A DNA stretch of 64,000 nucleotides from Camelus dromedarius (Eukaryota): assembly GCF_036321535.1 (NCBI RefSeq), contig NC_087447.1, positions 32,366,001 through 32,430,000 on the forward strand, written 5' to 3'. Shown here piece after piece: positions 36,950 to 50,800 of this stretch. The notes below the pieces were generated by a model that was not told the origin of the DNA, did no database searches, and saw only the letters and a program-made list of their open reading frames with translations. A program made the translations under genes and the position numbers. The first letter of the stretch is position 1. Each line of letters starts with the position of its first letter.

Positions 36950-37450
36950 AAATTAAATGAGATATTTTGATGCTGAATCTGCTGACATTTTATCAACTTC
37001 TGTAAGTTTTGTTAACGTAAGGTTGGATGCTCCTTGTGTTCTTTTGATAAAGGTATGTATCTTATCCATAGATTTTATCTTTAGATCTTGAGAAATTTTC
37101 TGTGTATTCTTATCACTGAAATATTTTATCTTGCTTATCCATTCATAATTTTTGAATCTGTCCATTTCCTCCATTGCTACACCTTCTTTGGACATAGTGT
37201 TCAACCATACATTTCCAGAATTATGCTATAAATAATGAATCCCTGTTCTTTTAGTGCAATAGAACATACAGTTGAATACTGTATTGAGACCAAGTTGTCT
37301 TTTTCAGCCCTCCAAGTAATATCAGCTTTTGTTTCCAGATTATTCAGCCTTTGTTTCAGTGTTACTGCATCATCTGGTAGTATCTTTTTTTTTTTTAATT
37401 TGCCTTTTGTGTCCTATACTAAGGGTGATATGCAAAAGCGTTTAAATGAC
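36950..37450 (-). mobile_element. Possible ancient LINE coding relic (RTE-X/L4-L5-like)
   Basis: Two adjacent minus-strand frames are open for about 60-80 codons in AT-rich DNA. The resemblance to RTE-X C-terminal regions is from memory only. Confidence 0.35.
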
Positions 37451-40400
37451 AATAGAGATACAACTGTAACTATTATAAATGGTGACACTTTGGAAACTAA
37501 ACTGTCAACTGATTGCTTGAAATACTTGTTTGCCAACTGATAAGTAGAAGTATGAATTCTCTATGGGAAAGGTGCTTTTATGGTGTCAGTATATAACATA
37601 TGAAAGCCTGATCTGTGTGGAAGTTAAATCTGTAAAATTGAGCAACACCTGCATATGAATATTTTTTATTCCAGCAGCCTGATTGAATAGATGGATTTAA
37701 CTCTGAAGAGGACAAGTTCAAGAGCTATACTCTGGAGGCCAGGAAAGGTGTTGAAAAGTCATCCAATGAATCCTTCTCCTTGCTGGTAGTTAAAGCAAGG
37801 ATAGGACACCTCCAGTCTGTGGTCTGGACCAGTCTGCTTTCTCGATTTCTGTACATGTCAAGGCCTTGACTTCTACAGTAAGTTTCCTCCTATGGGGCTA
37901 CTAGGTGTTCATTAATTTTTTAACCCCTAAAAAATTTCATTTATTCCATTAATTTTCAACATCATTACAATCCGCATAAAACAGAATGTTCTAGAGTATG
38001 GAGGGAAAAGACTTGCATTCTATCCTTGTCTTTGTGCCTTAGTATGCTGAACAGCACAATGACCTTGAACAAAGATGACTTTGCTCCTTTGAGCCCCAGG
38101 TCCCTGCTCTGTGAATATTAAGGCTCTTAACCTGTTCCACTCATCTCCCAAAGTTGTTCTGAAAGTCAATCAAATTATATGCATGAAAGGACTTTGGAAA
38201 CAATAAAAATGTAACAAACATGAGAAAGTTTTATTGGCTGGCAGAGGTTAAGTTATAGATTTACCAGTAGGTAGGGATACTAGTTGTGGGGTGTTGTTTA
38301 CCTCTGGCTCTGCGATTAGGGGAAATCCAGGCTAAGACAGAATTATTATTTTTATCCCTATTTTAAAAATTATTTAGTAAACTGAGGCTTAAAAAGGTTA
38401 ACTGCCCACAATCACATCCCTATTAAAAGAGCAAGACCTTGGACCTAGGATAGCCTGACTCCATAGTTTGTATTCTTAATCGCCATGTAGCTTATCAAAA
38501 TGGAAACTAAAATCAGCTGTGATTTTGTGCAATATTTTTGCAATGTACATCTAAATTACCAGTTTTCTGTCATTTCTTCTTTTGAAATGTCTCACTCTTC
38601 AGTTATTGAAAATGATTTCATCCAGCTGGAAGCCACGATGGGTAACTTCCTACTGCTGCCACTTTATAGCCTCCCTCTTTTATTCCTGTGACAGCCTAAG
38701 AGTTGATTTTCTTCCTTCCCATTGGGCAACATTCTTTATGGATAAGTGTGTTGCCTTTGGGGTTTAATGAAACTGATCTCAAACCTTAGCTCTCTCAGTT
38801 CTTAACCATGTGATATTTGGTGAAGCTCTGAACCTCTCTCAGCCTCAGTTACCTTATTTGTAATACGGAAAAATAGTTCCTAACTCACAGGGTTGCTTGG
38901 TGCAATAAATATAATAAGTCATATGTTTTCACTTGTTTAACTATGAAACCATGGGCTCCCATTTTCGCTTTATCGCATCTGTTATTATTGCTGTTGAGCT
39001 GATTTTAAGTGATAAAGGTTTTAAGAAGCTGGAGCCTTTTATTGTTAAATATATATTTATGCCTTTAATTTCTATGAAAGAATTTATTTTTATTGGTCTG
39101 TAATACATTTTGTAGCCTATGAAGCAAACGAAAGATTTCTGGATTTTGAAATCAAGCACATAATGCATAAAAATGTCAATACAAATATTGTTTGAAGCAG
39201 TGCAAAGAGCTCTTAAGGCCCAGTGGACTCGCATATTGATTCAAGTACCTCATTATGTAGCATTCAGATGATCCTTAGTGCTGCGGCAATGGAATAAAAG
39301 CTTCTGAGAAACAGTAGTTTCCCATTAAAAGATGATTTAATGCTTGGATTTAAATATGCTGTCATCCAATTCATGTTCTTTAAAATATATTATACCCACT
39401 ACTGAAATTTTAAAGATGGCCTTAAAACTTGGGTTAAATAGAAAACCAAGCTTGACTGAAATATAGGAGCTTCAAGTGAGTGAAAGCATCCACTTTTGTA
39501 CACTAAAATGGGTCAGGCCTTTTATAAAATAATGTTTATGAAAACAGTCTATTTTCAAAGTGCCCAATTTGGTTACTTTAATTTCAACCATAAGTACAAA
39601 GAAAATGCGCTTAAAGAGTTTCACTGCCTCAGTGGTTACATCTGGCCCTTTATCTACCTAATTAAATCTTTCTAGCGCTCCACTCAATAGCTACATGGTT
39701 TTAACTAGTAGCACAGGAAACCTCAAGAATATACTCAACTCTCCCCAGGTCACGAGCATACTTATCACTGAGCCTGCTGTGGTTTGTAATTTCATGTTTT
39801 AAGGAGAAAGTTTTTGATCACGTTCTTTATTTAGTTCCCCCAAGCTGGATACTTATTTGTAGCTGCAAGCAGCCACTCACAGAGAAAATGAGCCCACACT
39901 GCTTAATCACATACTTGCTTTACATTAAGGGGCTGGCTCTATCCCAGAATTTCCAGAAAAGTCATCTTCAAAGGCAAAGAAACGGGAGTCTGAAAAAGAA
40001 AACAGGCTGCTTCAGAAGTTAACTGAGTATCTTGGTCACTGTTTTGCTCTCTGATAGTTCCTTTTGTGATTGTCTTATCTTCCCCACTAGATTATAGGCA
40101 TCTGAGAGCAGAGACCATATCTATTATTCCTCCAAAATCCTTTCCAAAGATGTTCCATTCAAATCAGTGTCAATACCTATGGCATGTTAAGCTGTGGATA
40201 TGAGAAAGTGAAGGAATAGGTAAGGAAGCAAAAATGGTAGTAAAGAGTTGTGATGATTTATGCACAGCACATCTCTAAGTATACACTGAATTATAGGGAA
40301 GTCCCAAGTTTGATCATTTTTGACCTGTAAATTCCATATTAATTTCATATGGCTTCACCTAACTACTGGAAAGTGATAAAGGTTGAGAAACCAAGGGAAA

Positions 40401-40881
40401 AAACCATGGCATTTGGGTGGGCAAACTGAAATCTAAATTACAGCTCTGCTACTTACTAGTTCTATAATCTTGCACAAGCTTCCAATTCTTGTTGGATCTC
40501 AGTTTCCTCAGTTGTGAAATGGGCATATGTCTTTTTGGGGGTTTTTTTTTTTTTGGAGAGTTGTTGAGATTAGGTGAGTGGAGAATTTAAGCCTCTAACT
40601 CACTACAGACACTCAATAGAAGTGACTCTGTTCTGTAATCATCTTGTACAAGTATTTTAACATCTCCTCTCAATCTGCTTGTCTGTAAAACATAAGCTAA
40701 ATATGACTCAGAGTTCATGCTCATAACTACTATACTATACTGTAGTTTAAAATAGTTCCTAATTTGCTTTTATAATGGCTTTAAATTCAACTTATGTGAA
40801 AATAATAGTCCTTCATACAACAATATAGGGAACTAGTATAGGACATAGAAAAAAGGATGTGTGTGTATCTGTGTGTCTGTT

Positions 40882-40912
<31 letters not shown>

Positions 40913-41149
40913 CTAAAGATGCCTGTGTCTGGCTTAGGTCATCTTTCTTCTCAGTGCGTGAATGAGTGACCAACATGTGTCACACTTCATAAATTGTTGC
41001 ATGCCTAACCTTCATTTGGTAGGAGTGTAAGGTGTTTTTTCCTGAGTCAGAGTTTGAAGTCTGCTCACACTATAGGTTTAGCTGTTTTGAATAAAAGAGG
41101 GTTAATAGTACACATGATTATGTATCATTTTCTTTATATTTAGGAATAT

Positions 41150-41400
41150 TTCTCTCAGTCATTTTATTCAACTTATTTTAATTCCGACTCTGGCACTGTT
41201 CTAAAGACTGTATATATGTGAGCTCATTTCATCTTTCCAACAACCTCATATAGTATGTTCTAGCCTCCCTGTTTTTCTGACAAGGAAACTGAGGTGCAAA
41301 GGGGTTCAGTAACTTGCTCCTGGTCACACAACCTGTAAGTGGTGGAGCCAGGATTTCCACAGAGGTAGATAAACTCGGGAGACAATGCTCTTTCTCACTG
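41150..41400 (-). mobile_element. MIR
   Basis: gacaaggaaactgaggtgcaaaggggttcagtaacttgctcctggtcacaca...gtggagccaggatt. Confidence 0.8.
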
Positions 41401-43221
41401 CCCTGTTTTGCCTCTAATGGTTTATTAATTTTATACATTGCAACTGAAAATTCTTGCTGCCTAGCATTTGTGTTATAGCACACGTGATCACCAATTAATG
41501 TTATGTAGATGACTGTGGGGATGCCCTGACAAAGGTAACTCTCTAACTGACTGCAATTGCACCATTAAAGTTTCATTTATTTGCATCACAAGTTACCTCC
41601 TGTAAGATGTGTAAAGTATGGACACAGGGAAGGAAGGAAAGAAATGAATCCTGGACTGGGGAACTGCTGAGAGGTCAGGGCTGGATTCGGGGCCTCAGTA
41701 AGAGGAAGGCAGAGGGGACAGAAAGGAACTTCCCTATTGGGTTAAGTTGTCACCACAGTGAGTTCATTACCGTGAGTCCCTGTTTGTGAACAAGGAGACT
41801 GAACATCAGAGAGGTTAAGGACTTGATCATGGTCACATAGCTGGTAAGCAGCACAGCATGGATTGGAAATTGTGTCTAACTAACCCTCTGTTCAAGTGCT
41901 GCTTCCTCCATTACCCTGGCTACCTTCTACGGAAGAGGAGAAAAAAGGGAAGAGGTATATCGAGGGATGTGAAAGGGAAAATAGAAGAGTTTGGAAAAAA
42001 TAAACCTCTTTCTAATTTTCTAAGGTTGGCTTGCTCTCTGACTTTTTATTTTCTATTATTTTGTTACGAATTCACATCCACTTGTCATCCCCTATATGCT
42101 GCTTTACTCGAAAGGACTTTATTGATTGGCTGTGTTGTACAAGGTACTATGTTTGCTGCTATGTATGTCTGCAGTTCACAGTGGGGGTGAGGGGTGGGTG
42201 GAGAGATAATTTTTTTTTTTCTTCTCTAAACCAAGGAACTTTTGATCTGGTTGGAGAAGTAATATGCACAGATTGTCTTGGATACAGCCCAAATGTCTGA
42301 TCCTAGCACTCAGGCTCTTCCAGAGTGGACCACAGCCTTGCTTACTGCCCTCAAAGCTCTCGCCTTCTCCTCACTGTGGCCTCATTTGAGAACATCCATC
42401 TACTCACCATGCAGGCTCCTGGCTTGGTAAGTACAGTTTTCTGGAATGTGTTCCTCCTGTGAGTGCACTTGCCTCCCTCCTAATTCCTAATGTAGAAGCT
42501 GACGGAATAGCAGCTAAAGGCCAGTCACATGATCTAGACTTTGCTGATGAGATACTCCCATTTAGCTCTTTGAAATCTGAACAGATGGCACACACACACA
42601 AAAAGATCTGAATCCCTTCACCCTGATGGTACATGTTGTCTAACAGAGAGGCCATGCTCAGGTATGTCATGATGGCCACCGTGATACCTAAGACAGCAGG
42701 TGTCCTGGCTAGACCGTTCCCGCCGTAAGATGGTTACTGTCCTTCCTGTTCCTGGGCCCTTTGAAACTGCTTTGTGTCCTGCCTCTTTCCAAAGCCTGGC
42801 CCTCCTGTGAAATGTTGAATCTCTGAACCCTGATAGTCTTTCATTAAAGGCCCCTTCTTTTGCTGCAAGTAAAAAGGGCTAATAGTCCCTTCTCTATCCT
42901 CAGGGTCCGAAATTTCTTCTCAAGCATTTTCTTGTATCTTTGATCTGAATTAAAAATTCTCTTCTTTGTGAGATGTGCCAATTACTATAAGAGGTACATT
43001 GAAAAATGTAGGTAATTTGGAAGAATATTATTCTCTGAGTATATAAAGTATAGTATAGTGTAGTGTAGTTCAGTATAGTGTAGCGCATATTAGGTCCTTT
43101 CATAGAACAAGGAAGCGATATACTCAGGACTTAACTAATGAAAGTTTACTGTAAGTATATTGTAGGTGATCTCGAGTGTTCTACCATTTCCCTCTTTCTC
43201 TCCTTCTTTCCTTTCCCCGTT

Positions 43222-43670
43222 TCTCTCATTCTTTCATTCAACAGATATCACTGAGCACCTCTGGTGTAGATTGGTACTGTTTAAGGCTCTGGGACACAAC
43301 AGTGGCCAAGACAAATAAAGTCCCCATTCCAGTGAAACTTCTTGTGTCTGGGGAGAGAGACATAAAGAGGTAAAAAAATTAAAATGATCATTTTGCAGAA
43401 GGTTATAGGAACAACAGAGTAATGAGAACTATTGTGCTGGAGGCATGAGAGAGGTTACTTTACATATAGTTTATATAGGGACATCTAGGAAGGCTTCTTT
43501 GGAGAGATGCTGTTTAAGCTGAGGCTTGAATGATGAGAAGAAACTAATTGCATAGAATAGAAGGAAGAGTAAACCAGGTAGAGAATGTAGCATATGCAAA
43601 GGCCATGTGGTGTGTTCAGGTCCAGGAAGGAGACCAGTGTGAACGATAGAAGAAGAAGTAGGAGGCCAAA
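43222..43670 (-). mobile_element. L2 3' end
   Basis: ttcattcaacagatatcactgagcacct... (reverse L2 tail); gcatatgcaaaggcc. Confidence 0.75.
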
Positions 43671-43828
43671 ATAGGGGTTATTTTATTAAGCTCAAATGGG
43701 TCACTTCAAAGTATGTGAATTTTGTGTTCATTTTTCATGGAGTATCCCTTCCACTCTGTGTCTTTGTATTGCAACCTTCCTACTAGGAAGGATCTAATTC
43801 ACTAGGTTACTCATCACCTTAGTGGCTT

Positions 43829-44280
43829 GTATTAATTAAGAGAATGTTTACTCCTTTGACAGATAATCGTCAAAACCTCAGTGACTTCATACTGAGTGGA
43901 AGAGAAGAATGTTTCTTACTCTATGAAATTCAAAAACAGTGTTTCTGATCAGTGTTGAGGAGCTCAATTTTACTTAATCCTTCAGAGACTCAGACTGATG
44001 GAAGATTCACCATCATCAACCCATGTTTTTCAAGTTTGCCCTGAGTGTAGGTATGCAGACTGTGGATGGGTAAAGGAGATTGGGGAGAGAAGTGAATAAT
44101 GGGTGCCCTTATGGCAAGGATTTATGGACCAGCTGGAAGGGTCCATAAAGCACACATCCCTTTGGGCAGAATTCTGTTACTATATGACCACACCAAACTG
44201 CAAAGGAGAATGGGGAATGCAGTCTGCATGGTGCCTAGGAATAAAGGGAAATAGTTCAATCAATCATGGTCTGTGTAGTG
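43829..44280 (-). mobile_element. Old MaLR LTR (MLT1J/K/L-like)
   Basis: Begins tgtatta, then cctcagtgactt and ccaaactgcaaaggagaatggggaatgcagtc motifs. Confidence 0.55.
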
Positions 44281-44540
44281 AATTGCCGAGGCTGCCTTTC
44301 TTGGTAGAGATCAGTGGAGCATCAGTGTAACTGGCAGGCATTGAAGGTTTCCTACCCCAAAAGGGATAGAAAGTGGGTAAAGACAGAATCTTTATTGAAA
44401 AATATAAGGGTAAATATAATTTTTCTGGAAAATAAAAAAACTAAAATTTTGATAGTACAAGCTGCAGAAATTGTCTTGCTTAGTTGAGATGAAGAGAAAA
44501 TATAGTGATTCTCAACTGAAGGAACACTTCCGTAGGGCAG

Positions 44541-44680
44541 TGTAGTGGGTTGCATAGTGTCTCCAGTGAAAGTCCTAACTCCTGGTACTTGTGAATGTGA
44601 CCTTATTTGGAAATAGGATCTTTGTAGATGTAACAAAATTGAGTATCTTGGGATGAGATCATCGTGGATTTAGAGGTCAC
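44541..44680 (+). mobile_element. MLT1B/C LTR 5' fragment
   Basis: tgtagtgggttg.atagtgtc...gaatgtgaccttatttggaaatagg.tctttg. Confidence 0.75.
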
Positions 44681-45931
44681 TACATGGAAATATGAAGCAG
44701 AAAGAAAGTATTCCCACGTTAATACTATCCCCAGTTAGTACTTCCAATACACCCCCATCCCTCCTCTCTCAGCAAAGTGTCTTCCTTTACCATTGCCAGG
44801 GATCCTCAGAGAGCACCTGTCAAACGGTCTCAGAATCCAGTCTCCCTGTTCAGCCACAACCAACGTATAGCACCTGCTACTTCTCACTCAGCAATCCATT
44901 GTCGAAATCCAGCATTTCAGAGCTGCTTGAGGGATCCCCAGGGTGCCTGTGATAATACATGCATGTAGTTAAGCTAAAGCTGAGGACGTCCCTGGAGGTC
45001 AAAACAGAGCATTTTAAGGAAGGGCGGGAAATGATCCTCTGCTCAACCTTCTAGCAACTGAGGGCCATAGCAGCAGTGCCAGTTCCTAGGCTCTCACTAG
45101 GTCTCCCAAGACAGGGGCTCCACTGTACTCTGGTCCTAACTCTTCTCTTGCCCAGGAGCTCTCATACAACCCAAAAGGTGTGATGGGCAGCAAACATGAT
45201 CCCATTGCCTCTACTCTTTCCATCTCTTCCGTTGCCGTGACATCTCCTTCTTGAAAAAAAAAAAAGGAAAAGAAAACGAAATCTTTGTTCTTCCAGCCAA
45301 AGGAAACTTTTGGCAAGGGAGAGGATTATCACCTAACCATACATAACTCCGCTCCAGGTAACATGGTCATCCCATAAGGGAAAAGAAGGCTAGGAAGAAC
45401 AGTATTGATATAGAGCAAATCTGGGGCTGTCAGAGATCACACCTCCTCTCCTGAGGCTGATCCTCTTGTGCTGATGAATCATCAAAGGTTCTGAACTTGT
45501 AATTTCATCAGCTTTTGTGTGACTTGCTACATATTTTCAATGCCTAGGGGAAGTTCGCTTCTCCAAGTCTTGGTGGGATATTAGTGGATGAGATGTTTAT
45601 AAGGTATAGCTGGCAGACTTTGGCTCAATTTAGCCACAGGACTTGGATGGGTAATGGAAAGAATAGCATCTGGCGGTTGCATTAACCCTGTAAGAGAGGC
45701 CTCAGGAAGAGAGCCAGCATCCATTTAGATCTGTTCGTTTTGTACCCGGCGGGGCTAAAAGAAGACCTAATGCAAGAGAAGGGATTCTAATTGCAGCTTA
45801 GGATGGAAGCCAAGGACAATAACAGAAGGAAGGGAGAGTGAATTAGTTTGATGGATGAGTTCAGGGTTAGAAACAGAGAACTGGCAGTGTCAGGGACATA
45901 AATGTGATACGTCATATATGCACAGTGATGT

Positions 45932-46032
45932 TGTATTAGTTTGCTAGGGCTGCCACTGACTGGGTGGCTTAACAGAAACTTATTTTCTTACAGTTCTGGA
46001 GGCTAGAAACCTAAGATCAAGGTGTTAGCAGT
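45932..46032 (-). mobile_element. MLT1 LTR 3' fragment
   Basis: tgtattagtttgctagggctgcc...cagttctggaggctagaa..caaggtg. Confidence 0.75.
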
Positions 46033-46516
46033 TTCTGTTCATAACTGAACAGTATATATTGTTGCCCGTAACAATATATATTCATGGTAATGAACAAACA
46101 TGATTTTTTCCACGATTGAAACACTAATTCATGTTAGTCTTCTACTGTCCCTTAAATATTTGTTTGATGGAGGTAAATGTTTCCTGACTCTGGATAATTT
46201 TTGGAAAGAGATCTGTACTTTTCAGCTTTCAAAGTGTTAAAATATCACTTACATTTACAAAATATTATTTCACTTCAGTAATTAGGATGTCTGCATTTTC
46301 AGGTATTAGTTGAGAGATTGACTCTTTATTGAGAGATAAGCCTTCATACCTCCCTCTATGCTAAAGTCTGTCGATGCCAGCTGCCTGCCTCAGGTAAGAG
46401 GTTGTGTGGTTGGCCCCTTCATCTCGCTGCCCTCCTCCTGAACCACCTGTTAGCTGATGTTTCTGGTTTCTAGAGGTAAAGCTGAGTAGAAAGGAAGGAG
46501 GAATGAGGAAAGGCAC

Positions 46517-46896
46517 TGCCTTAGCTTGGGCTGCTGTGGCAAATACCAGACTGGGTGTCTTAAATCACAGACGTCTATTTCTGATAGTTCTGGAGACTGG
46601 GGAGTCTGGAATTAAGCTGCTGGCCAGTTCAATTCCTCATGAGGGGTTTCTTCCTGGCTTGTAGGCAGCCACCATCTCACTGTCCTAGCATGGCCTTTCC
46701 TCAATGTATATGGGTGGAGAGAGGAAGAGAGATCGCTCCTCCTCTTCTTATAAGGGCACTAATCCCACCGTGAGGGTTCCACCCTCATGACCAAATCTAA
46801 ATCTAAGTACCTTGCCAAAGCCCTACCTCAAAGTACAGTCACATTGGGAGTTAGGGCTTCAACAGATGAATCTGTGGGGACACATTCAGCCCACAG
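46517..46896 (-). mobile_element. MLT1A-like solo LTR
   Basis: gggctgctgtggcaaataccagactggg...tcttcttataagggcactaatccca...ggggacacattcagcc. Confidence 0.8.
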
Positions 46897-47864
46897 TGGG
46901 CAGAAAGCCTTCCTCAGTAGGCTGGATGGCTTTATGATCTTGGTTGCTGGCAAATGTCCCTGGATCCTTAGTGACTACCATTGCTGAGCACCTCTCTCCA
47001 GCAGTTCCCTTGTCCTAGGTGGTGGCTCCCTTATTCCAAATGCTTGCTTGTAGCATGTTTCCTTAGCCCCCAAGATTCTATTGGCTATATCCAGCTTCTT
47101 GCAGCTAGGGCTCCTCTGCCCGTCTAGACAGCTTTGTTGGTCAGGACCTAGGATAACCCAGTATGCCCCTTGCTCCCACATGGTTTGCATGGTTAACGGG
47201 AAAACTGTCTCATCTCCCTTGCTTCAGTAAAGTCTGAGAGTTCAGGCCTATCCCCACTGTAACTCTCTCTACTCTGCTGCCATCGACTGTGTTGGCATTC
47301 TCAGACACAAATCACTCACTGTTTGTCAAGTCTTCTCAATTCCATAAACAAATTTTAAGTCTCACGAGTGGTCCTATGAGTACTCTGCTGCCTTGATAAG
47401 CTTCAAGCCTGTCCAAGGCCTCAGGTGAGGTGGAGTGTACTCTACTGTGAGTTTCTACTCACAGTGTAGAAACAGTTTTCTCCAAGGAAATCTTTTCACT
47501 GATTCTTCTGTCTACTCTCCAATCCTTCTACATTCATGATTTGGTTGTGGCGTTCAAGAGTCAGTTAAAATTTCTCATTTATTTTATTTTGGGATCCTGG
47601 TCAGGCCATATGTATATATACTTACCCAAAGAGAGTCAATGAATGTGAGAGAGCAAAAGAGAAATATGAAATATGAAAAATATTGAAAGAGATGGAGATA
47701 GAGAGAGAAGGATAAATAGGGAGGGAGGAAAGAAGGGAAGGAGGAAAGGGGACAGAGAGAGAAATATGCCAAAAATATTAAAGGTATTTATGTAGCAGTG
47801 GTGGGAAAGATGACTTAACTTTTCTTCTTCATACACTGTGTAGTTTCCAAATATTTTACACTAA

Positions 47865-48670
47865 TTTTTGAAATAAATTTTTGATTTTATAATAGCTTCA
47901 GACTTGTAGAAAGATTGCAAAGATAGTAGGGAGATTTCCTACATACCCCACAACCAGGTTCACTTATTATCAATGTCTCACATTCGTGTAGTACACTTGT
48001 GACTTTAATGAGCCAAAGTTGACATAGTATCATGAAGTAAATTTTGTATTTGTTCACATTTCCCTACTTTTTAACCTAATGTCCTGTTTCTGTTCCCAGA
48101 TCCCACTCAGAATACTGCATTACATTTAGTAGGTCATGTCTCCATAAGATCCTTTTAACTGAGATATTTTTTCATTCCTTTCTTATTTCTGATGACCTGG
48201 ACAGTGTTGAGGAGAACTGATCAAAGTGCATTCTAGACTGTCACTCAGTTGGGATTTGTTTGATGTTTTTCTCATGACCCGATTCGGATCAAGCAGCATG
48301 GGAGGAAGACCACAGAGTTAAAGTGCCGTTTTCATCCCATTATATCGAGGGTAAGTACTACCAAAGTGACTTATCACTGTTGATGTTAACCTTGATTACC
48401 TGGATTAGATAGTGTTTGGTAGCTTTCTTTACTTTGAAGTTACTCTTTTTACCTAATTTTCATACTGTCCTTTTTGGCAGGAAGTCACAATGTACAGCCC
48501 ACCCTTAAGGAGTAATAAGTTATGCTCTACCTCCTTGAGGACAAAATAATTGCATAAATTATTTGGAATTCTTCTGCATAGGAGCTTTGGCTCTGCCCCC
48601 CATTTATTTACTTAGTCATTTACTTATATGAGTATCAACTCATTTATAATTATTTTACACTGTATAATAT
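47865..48670 (-). mobile_element. L1MC/MD-type 3' end
   Basis: Reverse-strand homolog of part of the element at 17640-18670 (cccacccttaagg, tttggaattcttctg, ttatcactgttgatgttaacct). Confidence 0.75.
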
Positions 48671-48891
48671 TGTAAAAAACAAAGTAAATAAAGGTATTTC
48701 CAACTTGACATCAAATTTAAATGTATTAATAAGTCCAGAAGAACCTTCATATTGACTTTTTACATACACTAAACTTAACCAAATATACTTAGCTTTGTAA
48801 AAAATAATTCTTTCAAATAACATAACTAAAGCAGATAAAATTATTAACCAAATAGCTTTTAAAAATATTTTAAGACCAAATAACTTTTGAG

Positions 48892-49695
48892 GGTTTTTTT
48901 TTTTAAATTGAAGTATAGTCTATTTACAATGTAGTATTAATTTCTGGTGTACAGCATAGTGACTCATTTATACATATGTATATATATATATATTCCTTTT
49001 CATATTCTTTTTATTATAGGTCATTACAAGGTATTGAATATAGTTCTTTGTGCTATACAGTAGGACCTTGTTGTTTATCTATTTTATATATAGAAGTTAA
49101 TATCTACAAATCCCCAATTCCCAATTTATCTCTCCCTACCCTCTTTTCTCCCTGGTAACCATAAGTTTGTTTTCTATGTGTGTAAGTCTGTCTCTGTTTT
49201 ATATACATTAACTTGTGTCCTTTTTTTTTTTTTTAAGATTCCACATGTAAGTGATATACGATATTTTTCTTTCTCTTTCTGGCTTACTTCACTTAGTATG
49301 ACAATCTCCAGTTCCATCCATGTCACTGCAAATGGAATTATTTTATTGTTTTTTATGGCTGTCAATGGACATTTAGTTTGCTTCCATGTCTTGGCTATTA
49401 TCTATAGTGCTGCTATGAATATTGGGGTACTTGTATCTTTTTGAATTAGAGTTTCTTCCAGCTATATGCCCAGGAGTGGGATTGCTGGATCATAGGGTAA
49501 GTCTATTTTCAATTTTTTTAAGGAATCTCCATACTGTTTTCCATAATGGCTGCACCAAATGACATTCCCATCAACAGTGTAGGAGGGTTCCCGTTTCTCC
49601 ACATCCTTTCCAGCATTTATCATTTGAGGGCTATTGAATGATAGCCATTCCAGCTGGTGTAAGTTGATATCTCATTGTAGTTTTGATTTGCATGA
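48892..49695 (-). mobile_element. 5'-truncated young L1 nested in an older L1
   Basis: Poly-T followed by the reverse complement of the 14-1214 L1 family. TSD ACCA(A/G)ATAACTTTTGAG at 48875-48891 and 49696-49712. Confidence 0.9.
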
Positions 49696-49712
49696 ACCAG
49701 ATAACTTTTGAG

Positions 49713-50800
49713 CTACACCATTATTCTGAAGACAAAAAGAACTATAAACTAATCTTGAACTCTACTTGATAGGTTTATATTTTACAGTAGTATTAGTTCA
49801 GCAATTTGGAAACCACTTTCTGTGTATTACAGGACTGAGCTAATGAGTAAAGACATTGATGATGTTTAGAGCCAGGGCTGTCACTCTTAGAAAAGAGAGA
49901 TACAAATATGGAATAGAGAAAGGCTAGAAAGAACTCCATAATGTTAGATTAGAGTTTTCCATGGTTGAAACAGGAAAAGTACTACATGAACTTGGAACAT
50001 TTTGTGGTGCCAGAAAGTAAGGAAGTACTCAAGGCAAAAAAAAAAAAAAAAAAAAAAAAAGAGGGGGCATGTGAAGGACAAAGTGCTAGCCTGAATAGGC
50101 TTCCAGTAGCTAAATCCAGCACAATTAGTATATCAAAATAAAAAATTGTAGTAATGGATTATAAACCATTGATTAAAAGAAGAAGCCATGTGCCTATCCT
50201 GCTAGTAAGTAAATGGGGGAGAATGGAAAGCTTTTTATGGTAGAAGAATGCCAGCTACTGAAAGTAGAGGGAATGATGGAAAGTGGCTGTCTTGTGATTA
50301 TCATAGCAATAATTGATTCAGTCATGAATCATCAAAGGATGAGAAGAGTATAATGGAAATTTTGAGAAATAGGATACGTACATTATTGCAAAGTACTTTC
50401 CCATAAATGACTTATTAATCACCAAAAATGGGACAGCTGATGTGATTCACTGAGGAGAAAATGCTTACTTACTTCACTAGCATCTCAGACCAAAAAAAAA
50501 AAAAAAAACCAAAAACAAAAACCCCTGAATTGAATTAAAAGGGGAAAAAAACACAAATTGTTGCAAACCACTATATTTAATAACTGGCTTGTAGTCTTCA
50601 AAAAGATCAGTGTTGCCAGAAACAAAGAAATCCTAAAGAACTGATCCAGATTGAAGGAGACCAAGGAAATATTGCAACTAAATGTACTATGTAACCCTGA
50701 TTAGTTTCTTGTTTGAAGAAAAAAATTCTAAAATGGAAATTTCTGATGTATAGGTGAAGTTGGAATATAAACTGTATATTATATAATAGCAGAAAATTCA
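49713..50800 (+). mobile_element. L1MC4-like 3' region (host of the young L1)
   Basis: gtggtgccagaaagtaagg; ccagattgaaggagac..aactaaatg motifs. Confidence 0.6.

Noticed and set aside
44690..45700. Possible ERVL/MaLR internal sequence
   Set aside because: I could not identify a convincing gag or pol motif or a primer-binding site by eye.
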